Assembly (NCBI GenBank): GCA_012799635.1
Contig: JAAZKW010000003.1
Coordinates: forward strand, 603-64,602
Source of the DNA: Mollicutes bacterium
GTDB lineage: Bacteria > Bacillota_I > Bacilli_A > RF39 > UBA660
Direction of reading: 5' to 3'
DNA: 64,000 nucleotides
The notes under the pieces are model-generated. The model ran no database searches. It was given only the letters and a program-made list of their open reading frames with translations, and was not told where the DNA came from. The position numbers and the translations under genes were made by a program. Shown here piece after piece: positions 30,979-41,079 of the stretch. The first letter of the stretch is position 1. The number at the start of each line of letters is the position of its first letter.

Positions 30979-32996
30979 AAAATATTGTTATTGTTGAGTC
31001 ACCAGCTAAATGTCGAACTATTGAAAAATATTTAGGTGATAAAAATTTTGATGTTGTTTCTTCAAAAGGACATATTAGAGATTTAGCAACTACTGGTAAA
31101 TATGGTCTTGGTATTGATGTTGAAAATAATTTTAAACCTAATTATGAAGTAATATCAGGAAGAAAGAAAGATGTTAGTGCTTTAAAGAAGCTGGTTAAAG
31201 AAGCGGATCATGTTTATCTTGCAACCGACCCAGATAGAGAAGGAGAAACGATTTCTTGGCATTTGTTTGATGAACTTGGAATAAATGAAGATAAATATAA
31301 TCGTGTTGTTTTTAATGAGATAACAAAAGATGTTATTTTAAAAGCATTGGAAAATCCTAAAAAACTTGATATGAATCTTGTTCATAGCGGTGAGACAAGA
31401 AGGTTTTTAGACCGTATTATTGGTTTTAGATTATCTAAAGTTATGCAGTCAAAAACATCTGGTAGATCAGCAGGAAGAGTTCAAAGTGTTGCTTTAAAAC
31501 TAATAGTAGATAGAGAAAGAGAAATTCTTGCCTTTATTCCAAAAGAATATTGGACTATTGAAGCAGAGTTTGATCAATTTAAAGCTTTACTTGAAACATA
31601 TCAAGATAAAGAAATTGAGATAAATAATGAGCAGGAAGCTGATTTAATCCTTAAAAAACTTGATAAAGATTTTTTAATTAAATCAATTGAAGAAAAAGAG
31701 AAAAATAGAGCAGCTAAAGAAGTATTTAAAACATCTACTTTACAACAACTTGCTTCAAGTAAGCTTGGTTTTGCACCTTCTAAAACAATGAAAATAGCTC
31801 AAAAATTATATGAAGGAGTTAATGTATCAGATGGTCACGTTGGTCTTATTACGTATATGCGTACTGATAGTGTTAGAGTTTCTGATGAATTTGTTAAGTC
31901 AACTTATGGATATATAAAAGAAAATTATGGTGAAAAATATATTGGTTATGTTAAAAAGGGTAAGAAGAAAGATACAATACAAGATGCTCATGAAGGTATA
32001 AGACCGACATCTATAAATAGAACTCCTGATAAAGTTAAACAATATCTTGATAATGATGAGTATAAGTTATATCGACTAATATATATAAGAGCTTTGGCTT
32101 CATTAATGAGTAATGCTAAATTTTTAGCAACTACGATAAAATTAGATAATAATAGTTATGGATTTAAAGCAACAGGATCTGTTTTAGTTTTTGATGGATA
32201 TTTAAAAGTTTATAATGAGTATGAAGATCAAGAAGATACTATTTTACCTGACTTAAAAGATTTTATAAATCAAAAAATTAGTAGTAATGTTATTAATAAA
32301 TATCAACATTTTACAAAACCACCAAGTAGATATAATGAAGCTTCATTAATTAAAGAACTTGAATCTTTAGGAATAGGAAGGCCTTCAACTTATGCTACAA
32401 TAATTAGTACGATTAAAGATCGAAATTATGTTACACTTGAGGAGAAGAAATTTATCCCTACAGAAGTAGGTTATGAAACAACTGATAAGTTGCAAGAGTT
32501 CTTTTCATCAATTATTAATGTAAAATATACTGCTAATATGGAAAAAGATTTAGATTTAATCGCGGATAATAAAGCTGATTATATCAAAGTATTAACTGAC
32601 TTTTATAATGGATTTTCTCCTTTAGTTGATGATGCTCTTAAAAATATGGAAAAAACCCCTCCTCAAGAAACTGGTGAAATGTGTCCGGAGTGTAATAATC
32701 CTTTAGTAATTAGGAAAGGTAAGTATGGTGAGTTTGTAGCATGTTCTAACTATCCAAAATGTAAATATATTAAAAAAGAAAAGAAAGATTTAGTAAAAGT
32801 AGCTACATGTCCTAAATGTGGTGGTAATATTGTTCAAAAACCTACTCGAAAGGGTAAAATCTTTTGGGGATGTGATCAATATCCAAAGTGTAAGTATGCT
32901 ACTTGGTATAAACCAAATGGTGAGAAATGTTCTAAATGTAATGACTTGCTAGTAGATAAAAATGGTCAAATAATATGTCCTACTTGTGATGAATAA
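30975..32996 (+). CDS. topA: DNA topoisomerase I
   Basis: TOPRIM N-terminus (VIVESPAKCRTIEKYLG), catalytic YMRTDS, C-terminal Cys4 zinc ribbons. TTG start overlaps the previous stop. Confidence 0.95.
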   Translation: MKNIVIVESPAKCRTIEKYLGDKNFDVVSSKGHIRDLATTGKYGLGIDVENNFKPNYEVISGRKKDVSALKKLVKEADHVYLATDPDREGETISWHLFDELGINEDKYNRVVFNEITKDVILKALENPKKLDMNLVHSGETRRFLDRIIGFRLSKVMQSKTSGRSAGRVQSVALKLIVDREREILAFIPKEYWTIEAEFDQFKALLETYQDKEIEINNEQEADLILKKLDKDFLIKSIEEKEKNRAAKEVFKTSTLQQLASSKLGFAPSKTMKIAQKLYEGVNVSDGHVGLITYMRTDSVRVSDEFVKSTYGYIKENYGEKYIGYVKKGKKKDTIQDAHEGIRPTSINRTPDKVKQYLDNDEYKLYRLIYIRALASLMSNAKFLATTIKLDNNSYGFKATGSVLVFDGYLKVYNEYEDQEDTILPDLKDFINQKISSNVINKYQHFTKPPSRYNEASLIKELESLGIGRPSTYATIISTIKDRNYVTLEEKKFIPTEVGYETTDKLQEFFSSIINVKYTANMEKDLDLIADNKADYIKVLTDFYNGFSPLVDDALKNMEKTPPQETGEMCPECNNPLVIRKGKYGEFVACSNYPKCKYIKKEKKDLVKVATCPKCGGNIVQKPTRKGKIFWGCDQYPKCKYATWYKPNGEKCSKCNDLLVDKNGQIICPTCDE

Positions 32997-33047
32997 TAAG
33001 AGGTTTAATACTTCTTTTTTTATGATATAATTTATATGAGGTAAGTC

Positions 33048-35222
33048 ATGTATGCTGAAGTTTTAGTTGAGTATCCTGTAAAAAGTTTAAATAAAGCATT
33101 TACTTATAGCGTTCCTGATTCTTTTAAAGATATTATTAAGATTGGAATGAAAGTATTAGTACCATTTAATAAAAGAAATATTAATGGTATTATTTTAAAA
33201 TTACATCATAATAAACCTGTTTATAAAACTTTAAGTATCAAAGATATTTTAAATAAAGACTTTTATTTAAATGATGAACAAATAAAGATAGCTTATTATC
33301 TATCAGAAATAACATTATGTCCTTTAATTAGTGCCTTTCAAACGATGCTTCCACCAGCTTTAAAAGTAAACAAAAATGAAAAATATGATTTATATGAAAC
33401 ATATGTTTATTTAAATGATAAAGATATCGTTAATAAGTATATAAAAGAGCATCCAAGGGCATTAAAACAAATAATGATGATTAATACTATAAAAGATAAA
33501 AAAGTTTTAAAAACATCTTTAAATGCAAGTATAGCCAATATACTAATCAAGAAAAATATTTTACTTACTTTAAAGAAGAAAAAATATCGTTTAAAAGCTA
33601 AAGATATTACAACATCAAAATTAAAGTTAAATGATGAACAAAAAATAGCATATGAAACAGTAAAAGAAAATCTTAATAAACATGATATTTATCTTTTAAA
33701 AGGAGTTACTGGATCAGGTAAAACAGAAGTTTATATGCATCTTATTAGTGAAGTCATTAAAAGTAATAAAACTGCTTTAGTATTAGTTCCAGAAATATGT
33801 TTAACTACACAAATGATAGATAGATTTTATAGTAGATTTGGTAAAGATGTAGCTATTTTTCATAGTGCTCTTTCTATTGGAGAGAAATATGATGAATATC
33901 TAAAAATATATAATGATAAGATTAAGATTGTTGTTGGTACAAGATCATCACTTTTTGTACCACTTAAAAATTTAGGTATTATTATTATTGATGAAGAACA
34001 TTCTGATAATTATAAACAAGAAAATACTCCTAGGTATGATGCAATTAATATTGCAACATTTAGAGCGAAGTATAATAATATACCACTTCTTTTAGCAAGT
34101 GCCTCACCATCACTTGAAGCAATGGCTAGAGCTGATAAAAAAGTATATAAACTTCTTACTTTAGAAAATAGAGTTAATAATATAAAACTTCCTAAAATTA
34201 CTCTTGTAGATATGACTAAAGAAATTAGATTAAAAAATTATTTATTTTCAAGTATTCTTAAAGAAAAAATGATTAAATGTATATCCAAAGGTGAACAAAT
34301 AATTTTATTACTTAACCGTAGAGGTTTTGCAACATTTATTTCATGCAAAAATTGTGGCTATACATATAAATGTCCCTACTGTGATATATCTCTTACTTAT
34401 CATAAACCTGAAAATCAATTAAAATGTCATTACTGTGGTTATTTTATAAAGAAAAATGATCTTTGTCCTAGTTGTCATGAAAAAGCACTTGTTTTTGATG
34501 GAGTAGGTACTCAAAAAGTTGAAGAAGAATTATTAAAAGTGTTACCTTCTGCTAAAGTTATCAGAATGGATCAAGATACAACATCTAAAAAGAATAGTTA
34601 TCAAAAAATAATAGATGATTTTGAAAATAAAAAATATAATATTCTTTTAGGAACCCAAATGATTAGTAAAGGACTTGACTTTAAGAATGTGACTTTAGTG
34701 GGAATTATTAATGCTGATACATCACTTAATATACCTGACTTTAGAGCTAATGAAAAAACATTTAATCTTTTATATCAAACATCAGGAAGATCTGGCAGAG
34801 GAGATAAAGAAGGAGAAGTAATAATTCAAACATATAATCCTGATAATAAGATTTTAAATTATGTTAAAAATAATGATTATAATAATTTTTATTTATATGA
34901 AATGAATATTAGACACAAACTTAAATATCCTCCATATACATACTTAGTATTAATAAATATAAAAGGAAAAGATTTAGAAAATATAGAGAAAGAATCTAAT
35001 ATTATTAAAAAATATTTACAAAGATACTTAGATGAAAAAACAATTATTTTAGGACCAACTCCATCATATATGTTTAAAGTTAAGAATATATATAACTTGC
35101 AAATTATAATAAAATATACTTATGATGATAAATTAATAGATATTTTAAAACAATTAGATCAAAATTATCTTATAAATAATAAGATAAGTATTGATATAAC
35201 ATTTAATCCCGTTAAGTTTTAG
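33048..35222 (+). CDS. priA: primosomal protein N' (PriA helicase)
   Basis: Walker A GVTGSGKTEVY, DEEH box, Cys-rich zinc insertion (CKNCGY..CPYC..CHYCG..CPSC). Confidence 0.93.
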   Translation: MYAEVLVEYPVKSLNKAFTYSVPDSFKDIIKIGMKVLVPFNKRNINGIILKLHHNKPVYKTLSIKDILNKDFYLNDEQIKIAYYLSEITLCPLISAFQTMLPPALKVNKNEKYDLYETYVYLNDKDIVNKYIKEHPRALKQIMMINTIKDKKVLKTSLNASIANILIKKNILLTLKKKKYRLKAKDITTSKLKLNDEQKIAYETVKENLNKHDIYLLKGVTGSGKTEVYMHLISEVIKSNKTALVLVPEICLTTQMIDRFYSRFGKDVAIFHSALSIGEKYDEYLKIYNDKIKIVVGTRSSLFVPLKNLGIIIIDEEHSDNYKQENTPRYDAINIATFRAKYNNIPLLLASASPSLEAMARADKKVYKLLTLENRVNNIKLPKITLVDMTKEIRLKNYLFSSILKEKMIKCISKGEQIILLLNRRGFATFISCKNCGYTYKCPYCDISLTYHKPENQLKCHYCGYFIKKNDLCPSCHEKALVFDGVGTQKVEEELLKVLPSAKVIRMDQDTTSKKNSYQKIIDDFENKKYNILLGTQMISKGLDFKNVTLVGIINADTSLNIPDFRANEKTFNLLYQTSGRSGRGDKEGEVIIQTYNPDNKILNYVKNNDYNNFYLYEMNIRHKLKYPPYTYLVLINIKGKDLENIEKESNIIKKYLQRYLDEKTIILGPTPSYMFKVKNIYNLQIIIKYTYDDKLIDILKQLDQNYLINNKISIDITFNPVKF

Positions 35223-35269
35223 TATATATTAATAAAGCCGATATAATAATAAGAAATAGAGGTATAATA

Positions 35270-36646
35270 ATGAAAACATATTTATTTATTGGTAATAAAA
35301 ATTTTGTAGATTGTTATTTCGCCCCAAAACTACTACGTAATAATAAGGTTGTTGCTGTTGAATCATTAAAAGTTCAAAGTAGTGATAATCTTCAAACAAT
35401 TTATTCTTTAAAATATAATTTTAATATTAAAAATACAAATTATTATTATAAATATATAGATTTTAATAACGATAATATAAATTTATTATTAGAAGAATTT
35501 CGGCCTGATTATATAATAATAGATATCTTACAGTTTTCCGATATTCAGCACTGTAATATGTTTAATTATCTTAGCAACACTAGTTTAAAAAAGTTAAAAA
35601 ATTTTGTAAATAAACTATATGATAGTATTAATAACTTTGATAAAAAAGCAAACGTTTTATTAATCTCTAGTCTTGAAAGTTTGTTTTTTAAACCTGTTTA
35701 TCTAGATATAAATAAGATTAATAAAAAAACTAAATGTATACAAAATATTAATATCAAATTAATTGTATTATTTGAAGTGCTAATAAAAAAATATAATTTT
35801 AATTATAAAATTGTTAGATTCGGGCAAACGATTGATAGTAAAGTTCTTAATAATTTAATTGGATATATGATTAGAGCTGTATATTTGAATGATGAAGTAC
35901 GATGGTTTTATCAAAGAAAAACAAGAAAACATTTAATATCATCGTTAAAAGCTTTTAATTTTATTGAAGTAAATAAACTTATTGATATTGTTTTAGAAAA
36001 TTTAGATAATAACGATAAAAATAAGGAAATAAATGTGATTTCAAAAAATAAAATAACTATAAATGAACTTTATGAGTTACTAATAAAATATTTAGGACTT
36101 GAAACTATTTATAATCATTTTTTTAAATTTCCAGTTATATATAATACTTCTGATAAAAAAATAAATAATGCAATTTTTGTTGAAACAAACTTTCAAAATG
36201 TAAAAGTTGCGATTGATAGTTATAAGAAAAATTACATTATTAATGCCAAACTAAGTAAAAAATTAAAAAAGACAATAGATACTTTAAATAAAAAAGATTT
36301 ATCAGAATTCTCTCTTATTTATTATCCGGGATATTTATCAAATATAGACGTTTTTAAATATATTGTAAAAAAAGAAAATAAAATCAATTACAATGATTTA
36401 GATGCAATACCAATCGATAAAATTAATCACGTTATAGATATTTATAATGAAGTTTTACGAGTCTTTAAAAATGTTCTAGGCTTTAATTTGCCAGATGGTA
36501 CAATTCTTTATGAATTTCCTAATATAAAATATAATCAAAATTTAATAGAGCCTGTTGATATAATAGATTTAAGATTAAAAAATATAAAAATAATAATTAA
36601 ATATTTAAAAGAAAGATTAGCTAATAATAGTGATTTTAAAGATTAA
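35270..36646 (+). CDS. hypothetical protein (458 aa), possibly a degenerate Rossmann/SDR-like N-terminus
   Basis: The ORF is clear. The N-terminus MKTYLFIGNKNFVDCYFAPKLL resembles an epimerase beta-alpha-beta unit but lacks GxxGxxG. Confidence 0.55.
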   Translation: MKTYLFIGNKNFVDCYFAPKLLRNNKVVAVESLKVQSSDNLQTIYSLKYNFNIKNTNYYYKYIDFNNDNINLLLEEFRPDYIIIDILQFSDIQHCNMFNYLSNTSLKKLKNFVNKLYDSINNFDKKANVLLISSLESLFFKPVYLDINKINKKTKCIQNINIKLIVLFEVLIKKYNFNYKIVRFGQTIDSKVLNNLIGYMIRAVYLNDEVRWFYQRKTRKHLISSLKAFNFIEVNKLIDIVLENLDNNDKNKEINVISKNKITINELYELLIKYLGLETIYNHFFKFPVIYNTSDKKINNAIFVETNFQNVKVAIDSYKKNYIINAKLSKKLKKTIDTLNKKDLSEFSLIYYPGYLSNIDVFKYIVKKENKINYNDLDAIPIDKINHVIDIYNEVLRVFKNVLGFNLPDGTILYEFPNIKYNQNLIEPVDIIDLRLKNIKIIIKYLKERLANNSDFKD

Positions 36647-36779
36647 AGTTAAGATAGAAGATATATAAACACTTTTTTTAATAAAAACTTTGATTATTAA
36701 TTTTTAAAATAATATAGAAAAATTAATTACTGTCAAATTTGTTAGAGCTAATTGACTTAAATCTAAATATATAATAAAA

Positions 36780-36925
36780 TAGATGTGTATTTATCTATGA
36801 GAAAACTAACAACTTTCTATAACATAGATACGCATAAGTGTGATAAATAATTAAGACCTAGAAATAAGGTGGCACCGCGAGATATCGCCCTTATACCTTT
36901 TTAGGTTTTTCTTTTAAAAAGGAGG
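36780..36925 (+). promoter_or_regulatory. T-box leader of the hisS-asnS-gatCAB operon (atypical, short stem I)
   Basis: T-box core AAGGTGGCACCGCG at 36866-36879. 13-bp hairpin at 36792-36830. No GGTGAAA distal-loop motif seen. Weak U-rich hairpin before the RBS. The 5' boundary is uncertain. Confidence 0.7.
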
Positions 36926-36930
36926 AAAAA

Positions 36931-38169
36931 ATGATTATTAAACCAAAAGGATGTTATGATTTATCAAAATTTGATGCAAAAATCTATCTTAATATTGAGC
37001 AAATTGTTCATTCATATATGAATGTTTATAACTATAAATATATTAGAACTCCAGTATTTGAAAACAGTGAGCTTTTTAAACGCGGAGTTGGAGAAACTAC
37101 AGACATAGTTCAAAAAGAAACTTATGATTTTACTGATCGTTCTGGAAGAAGTTTAACTTTAAGACCCGAAGGAACTGCAAGTGTAGTTAGAAGTTATATT
37201 GAAAATAAAGATTATGCTGATATAAGACCAATATCAAAATATTATTATATTGGAACTATGTATCGTTATGAAAGACCAGGTCAAGGAAGAAATAGAGAAT
37301 TTACTCAATTTGGAGTTGAAGCCCTAGGTTCTGATGATCCACTAATAGATGCCGAAATAATTTCGTTATCAGTTAATATTTTAAAAGAACTTGGACTTGA
37401 TCCCGTAGTTAAAATTAATAATTTAGGCGGAAAAGAAGACAGAGAAAATTATAAGAAAGCATTGGTTAAGTATTTAAAACCTCATATTAATGATTTTTGT
37501 TCTGATTGTCAAAAAAGAATTAAAACTAATCCTCTTAGAATACTTGATTGTAAAATAGATGATAAAAATGAAATTCTTAAAAAAGCACCTAATGTTTTAG
37601 ATTACCAAAGTAAAGAAAGTCAAGCAAGATTTAAAGATGTTTTACAATATTTAGATTATCTTGATGTTGATTATGAAATTGATTCTAACTTAGTTAGGGG
37701 ACTTGATTATTATGATTATATGGTATATGAACTTCAAGTTGATAATGGCTTAGCATTAGGTGGTGGGGGAAGATATAATAACCTTGTTAAAACTCTGGAT
37801 GGTCCCGATACGCCAGCCGTTGGATTTGCTTGTGGTATTGAAAGAATCATTAATCTTATCAAAGAGAAGGCAAAAGATTTTTCAAATATAGATGTCTTTA
37901 TTATGGCAATTAATAAAGAAGAAAAAATGAAAGCTAATATTATTATGCAAGATTTAAGACTAAATGGAATATCTGTGGAAACTGATTATTTAAATAAAGG
38001 TTTAAAATCACAGTTTAAAGATGCTGATAAATATAATGCTAAAAATTTAATAATATTAAATAGTGAAGATCTTAAAAAGGGATTAATAAATGTCAAAGAT
38101 AATATAACAAAAGAAGAGGTTAAAGTTCCTGAAGATGAGATAGTTGATTATATCTTAGGAATTATTTAG
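36931..38169 (+). CDS. hisS: histidyl-tRNA synthetase
   Basis: Class II HisRS motifs (LRPEGTA, YYIGTMYRYERPQ-like, GGGRYNNL, GFACGIERI). Confidence 0.95.
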   Translation: MIIKPKGCYDLSKFDAKIYLNIEQIVHSYMNVYNYKYIRTPVFENSELFKRGVGETTDIVQKETYDFTDRSGRSLTLRPEGTASVVRSYIENKDYADIRPISKYYYIGTMYRYERPGQGRNREFTQFGVEALGSDDPLIDAEIISLSVNILKELGLDPVVKINNLGGKEDRENYKKALVKYLKPHINDFCSDCQKRIKTNPLRILDCKIDDKNEILKKAPNVLDYQSKESQARFKDVLQYLDYLDVDYEIDSNLVRGLDYYDYMVYELQVDNGLALGGGGRYNNLVKTLDGPDTPAVGFACGIERIINLIKEKAKDFSNIDVFIMAINKEEKMKANIIMQDLRLNGISVETDYLNKGLKSQFKDADKYNAKNLIILNSEDLKKGLINVKDNITKEEVKVPEDEIVDYILGII

Positions 38170-38177
38170 GAGGATTT

Positions 38178-39542
38178 ATGGATATTAAAGATTTACTTAA
38201 AGATGCTGATAAGTATTTAGCAAAAGAAGTCAAAATAGAAGGGTGGATTAAAAGTCATAGAACTCAAAAAGAATTTGGTTTTATTAATTTAAATGATGGA
38301 ACTAATCAGAATGGGATTCAAGTTGTTTATGATAAAAATATAAAAGATTTTAATAATATTATTAAAATTCTTATTGGAAGTGCTGTAGGTATAACTGGCA
38401 TATTAGTTAAATCTGAAGGCTCAGGACAAGAATATGAATTAAAAGCAAATAAAATAGAGGTATATGGTTTATGTCCTGATGATTTTCCTCTACAAGCTAA
38501 AGGAAGACCAACTAGAGAATTTTTAAGAGAAATAGCTCATTTAAGACCTAGAACTAACTTATTTAGAGCTGTTTTTAAAATTAGAAGTGTCACTTCTCAA
38601 TTAATACATGAATATTTTCAAGATAGAAATTATGTATATGTTCATACACCACTTATAACAACCTCTGATTGTGAAGGTTCTGAACAAATGTTTAGATTAA
38701 CAACTCTTGATCCTTTAAAAGAAAATAAAGATTATAGTAAAGATTTATTTGGTAAAGAAGTATTTATTACTGGTTCAGGACAACTTCATGGAGAAACGTT
38801 TGCGATGGCATATAAAAAGATATATACTTTTGGGCCTACATTTAGAACAGAAAATTCTAATACCAAAACTCATGCTAATGAATTTTGGATGATTGAACCA
38901 GAGATTGCTTTTTGTGATTTAGATGGTCTTATGGATATTGAAGAAGATATGCTTAAATTTATTGTATCTGAAGTTTTAAAAAGATGTCCTGATGAAATAG
39001 ACTTTTTAAATAATTATGTTGATAATAATTTAAGAAAGAAGCTAGAAAAATTAGTTAAGTCTAAGTTTACTAGAATAAATCATAAAGATGTCATTGACAT
39101 TTTATTAAAAGCTCCGAATAAATGGGAGTTTACTCCTAAATATGATGGTGATATTGCTAAAGAGCATGAAAAATATATTACAAATTATTTTGATGGACCA
39201 GTATTTATTACTAATTGGCCTAAAGATATTAAAGCTTGGTATATGAAACAAAATGATGATGGAAAAACAGTTGCTGCGGTAGATTTACAAGTACCTGGAG
39301 CAGGAGAACTCATTGGAGGCTCTCAAAGAGAAGAGAATATGGACAAACTAATTAGAAAAATAAAAGAAGATAATATTGACTTAAATACAGTTGATTGGTT
39401 TGTTGCTTTAAGAAAATATGGTACATGTGTTCATTCTGGTTTTGGAATGGGATTTGAAAGATTAATTATTTATTTAACTGGTATTGACAATATTAGAGAT
39501 GTTATACCATTTCCTAGAACTCCAGGATCTTGTGAATATTAG
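38178..39542 (+). CDS. asnS: asparaginyl-tRNA synthetase
   Basis: FRTENSNTKTHANEFWMIEPE and GFGMGFERL are AsnRS signatures. OB-fold N-terminus. Confidence 0.92.
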   Translation: MDIKDLLKDADKYLAKEVKIEGWIKSHRTQKEFGFINLNDGTNQNGIQVVYDKNIKDFNNIIKILIGSAVGITGILVKSEGSGQEYELKANKIEVYGLCPDDFPLQAKGRPTREFLREIAHLRPRTNLFRAVFKIRSVTSQLIHEYFQDRNYVYVHTPLITTSDCEGSEQMFRLTTLDPLKENKDYSKDLFGKEVFITGSGQLHGETFAMAYKKIYTFGPTFRTENSNTKTHANEFWMIEPEIAFCDLDGLMDIEEDMLKFIVSEVLKRCPDEIDFLNNYVDNNLRKKLEKLVKSKFTRINHKDVIDILLKAPNKWEFTPKYDGDIAKEHEKYITNYFDGPVFITNWPKDIKAWYMKQNDDGKTVAAVDLQVPGAGELIGGSQREENMDKLIRKIKEDNIDLNTVDWFVALRKYGTCVHSGFGMGFERLIIYLTGIDNIRDVIPFPRTPGSCEY

Positions 39543-39553
39543 AAAGGATTATT

Positions 39554-39844
39554 ATGATTACAAAAGAGCAAATAATAAAACTAGCTGATGATCTTTTAAT
39601 TGCTTTAAATAAAGAAGAAATAACTGATTTACTAAATGATTTTAAAGCTTTAAAAGAAAGGATGAAATTAATAAACAATGTTAAGGGACTTAAAAAAACA
39701 GATATCTTAAGTTTCCCTCAAGATATAAAAACAACTGTTTTAAGAGATGATAAAGATGTAGCTAATATTTCTACTACTGATGCTTTAAAAAACTCATCAA
39801 ACGCTTATGAAGACATAATAGAAGTACCCAAGGTGGTGGGATAA
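39554..39844 (+). CDS. gatC: Asp/Glu-tRNA amidotransferase subunit C
   Basis: 96-aa protein immediately upstream of gatA with a 1-nt TAATG overlap. GatC-like sequence. Confidence 0.85.
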   Translation: MITKEQIIKLADDLLIALNKEEITDLLNDFKALKERMKLINNVKGLKKTDILSFPQDIKTTVLRDDKDVANISTTDALKNSSNAYEDIIEVPKVVG

Positions 39845-41079
39845 TGAAATACTTAGATAAAGACATATTATTTGTTTTTAATGCTTTAAAAAAGAATGAT
39901 ATATCAAAAGAAAAGTTTAAAAAAGAAGCATTAGATAATATTAAGGATACTAATATTTTTAAATTAATTAATGATAAAATAAATTACCCTGATACTGATA
40001 ATATATTATCATGTATTCCATATACACTTAAAGATAATATATCAACTAAAGATATTATAACTACTGCAGGATTAAATACACTTAAAAATTATGTTCCTGT
40101 ATATAATGCAACTTGTTATGAAAAATTGAGTAGTAAAGGTGCTATTATGATTGGAAAACCTATTAGGGATGAACTGGAAACAAGTGTTAAAAAAGATCTC
40201 GTTTCTTATGCAATTGGTACTGATACTTTTGGTGAAATAAGAAATACTAGTGTCGTTGGCTATAAACCTAGTTATGGTCTTATTTCACGCTATGGGGTAT
40301 TTGCTTATGCATCATCATTTGATCATGTAGGAATATATGCTAAAAATGTGCTTGATGCTACATTAGTAGTAGATGAAATAAAGGGATATGATAAAAAAGA
40401 TATGACCTCTATTAATGATATGGATGATATTAAATTAAAAGATTATCTTAATAATAATGTTAATGGTAAAAAAATATTTTATATTAAAGAATTAATTAAT
40501 GATCAACATTATATGAAAGAAATAATTGATAAAATTAAAACGCTTGGTATTGAAATTTATGAAGAAAGCATAGATATCAATTTACTTAATGCTATTAAAC
40601 CAGTACATGATATGATATCTTTAGCAGAATTATCAAGTAATACTTCCAATTTAACAGGAATTATATTTGGTGATGCTAACAAAAATGGTAATATTAATGA
40701 TATGATGAAAAAACATCGTAGTGAAAGTCTTACATCTACTATGAAAAGAAAATTAATAATGGGTTCATATATCCTTCAAAAAGAAAATATAAATAATTAT
40801 TTTATTAATGCAAAAAAAGTAAGAAGGTTAATTGTTAATACCTTTAATAATTTGTTTAATAATTATGATGCTCTTATTTTACCCATCTTGTCAAATAAAG
40901 ATAATAATTCTAATAATCATTTATTAATAGGAAATTTAGGAGGCTATCCATCGATTACTGTTAATATAAATAAAATGCCAATTAGTGTTAATATTACTGG
41001 TAAATATAAAGAAGATGGGAAAGCGCTTAATATAGCTTCTTATATCGAGAAGTTATTTAATAAGGAGGATAAAAAATGA
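39844..41079 (+). CDS. gatA: GatA-like amidotransferase subunit A lacking the amidase-signature serines (predicted glutaminase-inactive)
   Basis: Aligns with GatA throughout (LKDNI, GYKPSYGLISRYG, ASSFDHVG), but is 411 aa versus ~485. The GGSSGGSAAAV block is deleted, and GSDTGGSIR reads GTDTFGEIR (nt ~40156-40251). Confidence 0.8.
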   Translation: MKYLDKDILFVFNALKKNDISKEKFKKEALDNIKDTNIFKLINDKINYPDTDNILSCIPYTLKDNISTKDIITTAGLNTLKNYVPVYNATCYEKLSSKGAIMIGKPIRDELETSVKKDLVSYAIGTDTFGEIRNTSVVGYKPSYGLISRYGVFAYASSFDHVGIYAKNVLDATLVVDEIKGYDKKDMTSINDMDDIKLKDYLNNNVNGKKIFYIKELINDQHYMKEIIDKIKTLGIEIYEESIDINLLNAIKPVHDMISLAELSSNTSNLTGIIFGDANKNGNINDMMKKHRSESLTSTMKRKLIMGSYILQKENINNYFINAKKVRRLIVNTFNNLFNNYDALILPILSNKDNNSNNHLLIGNLGGYPSITVNINKMPISVNITGKYKEDGKALNIASYIEKLFNKEDKK

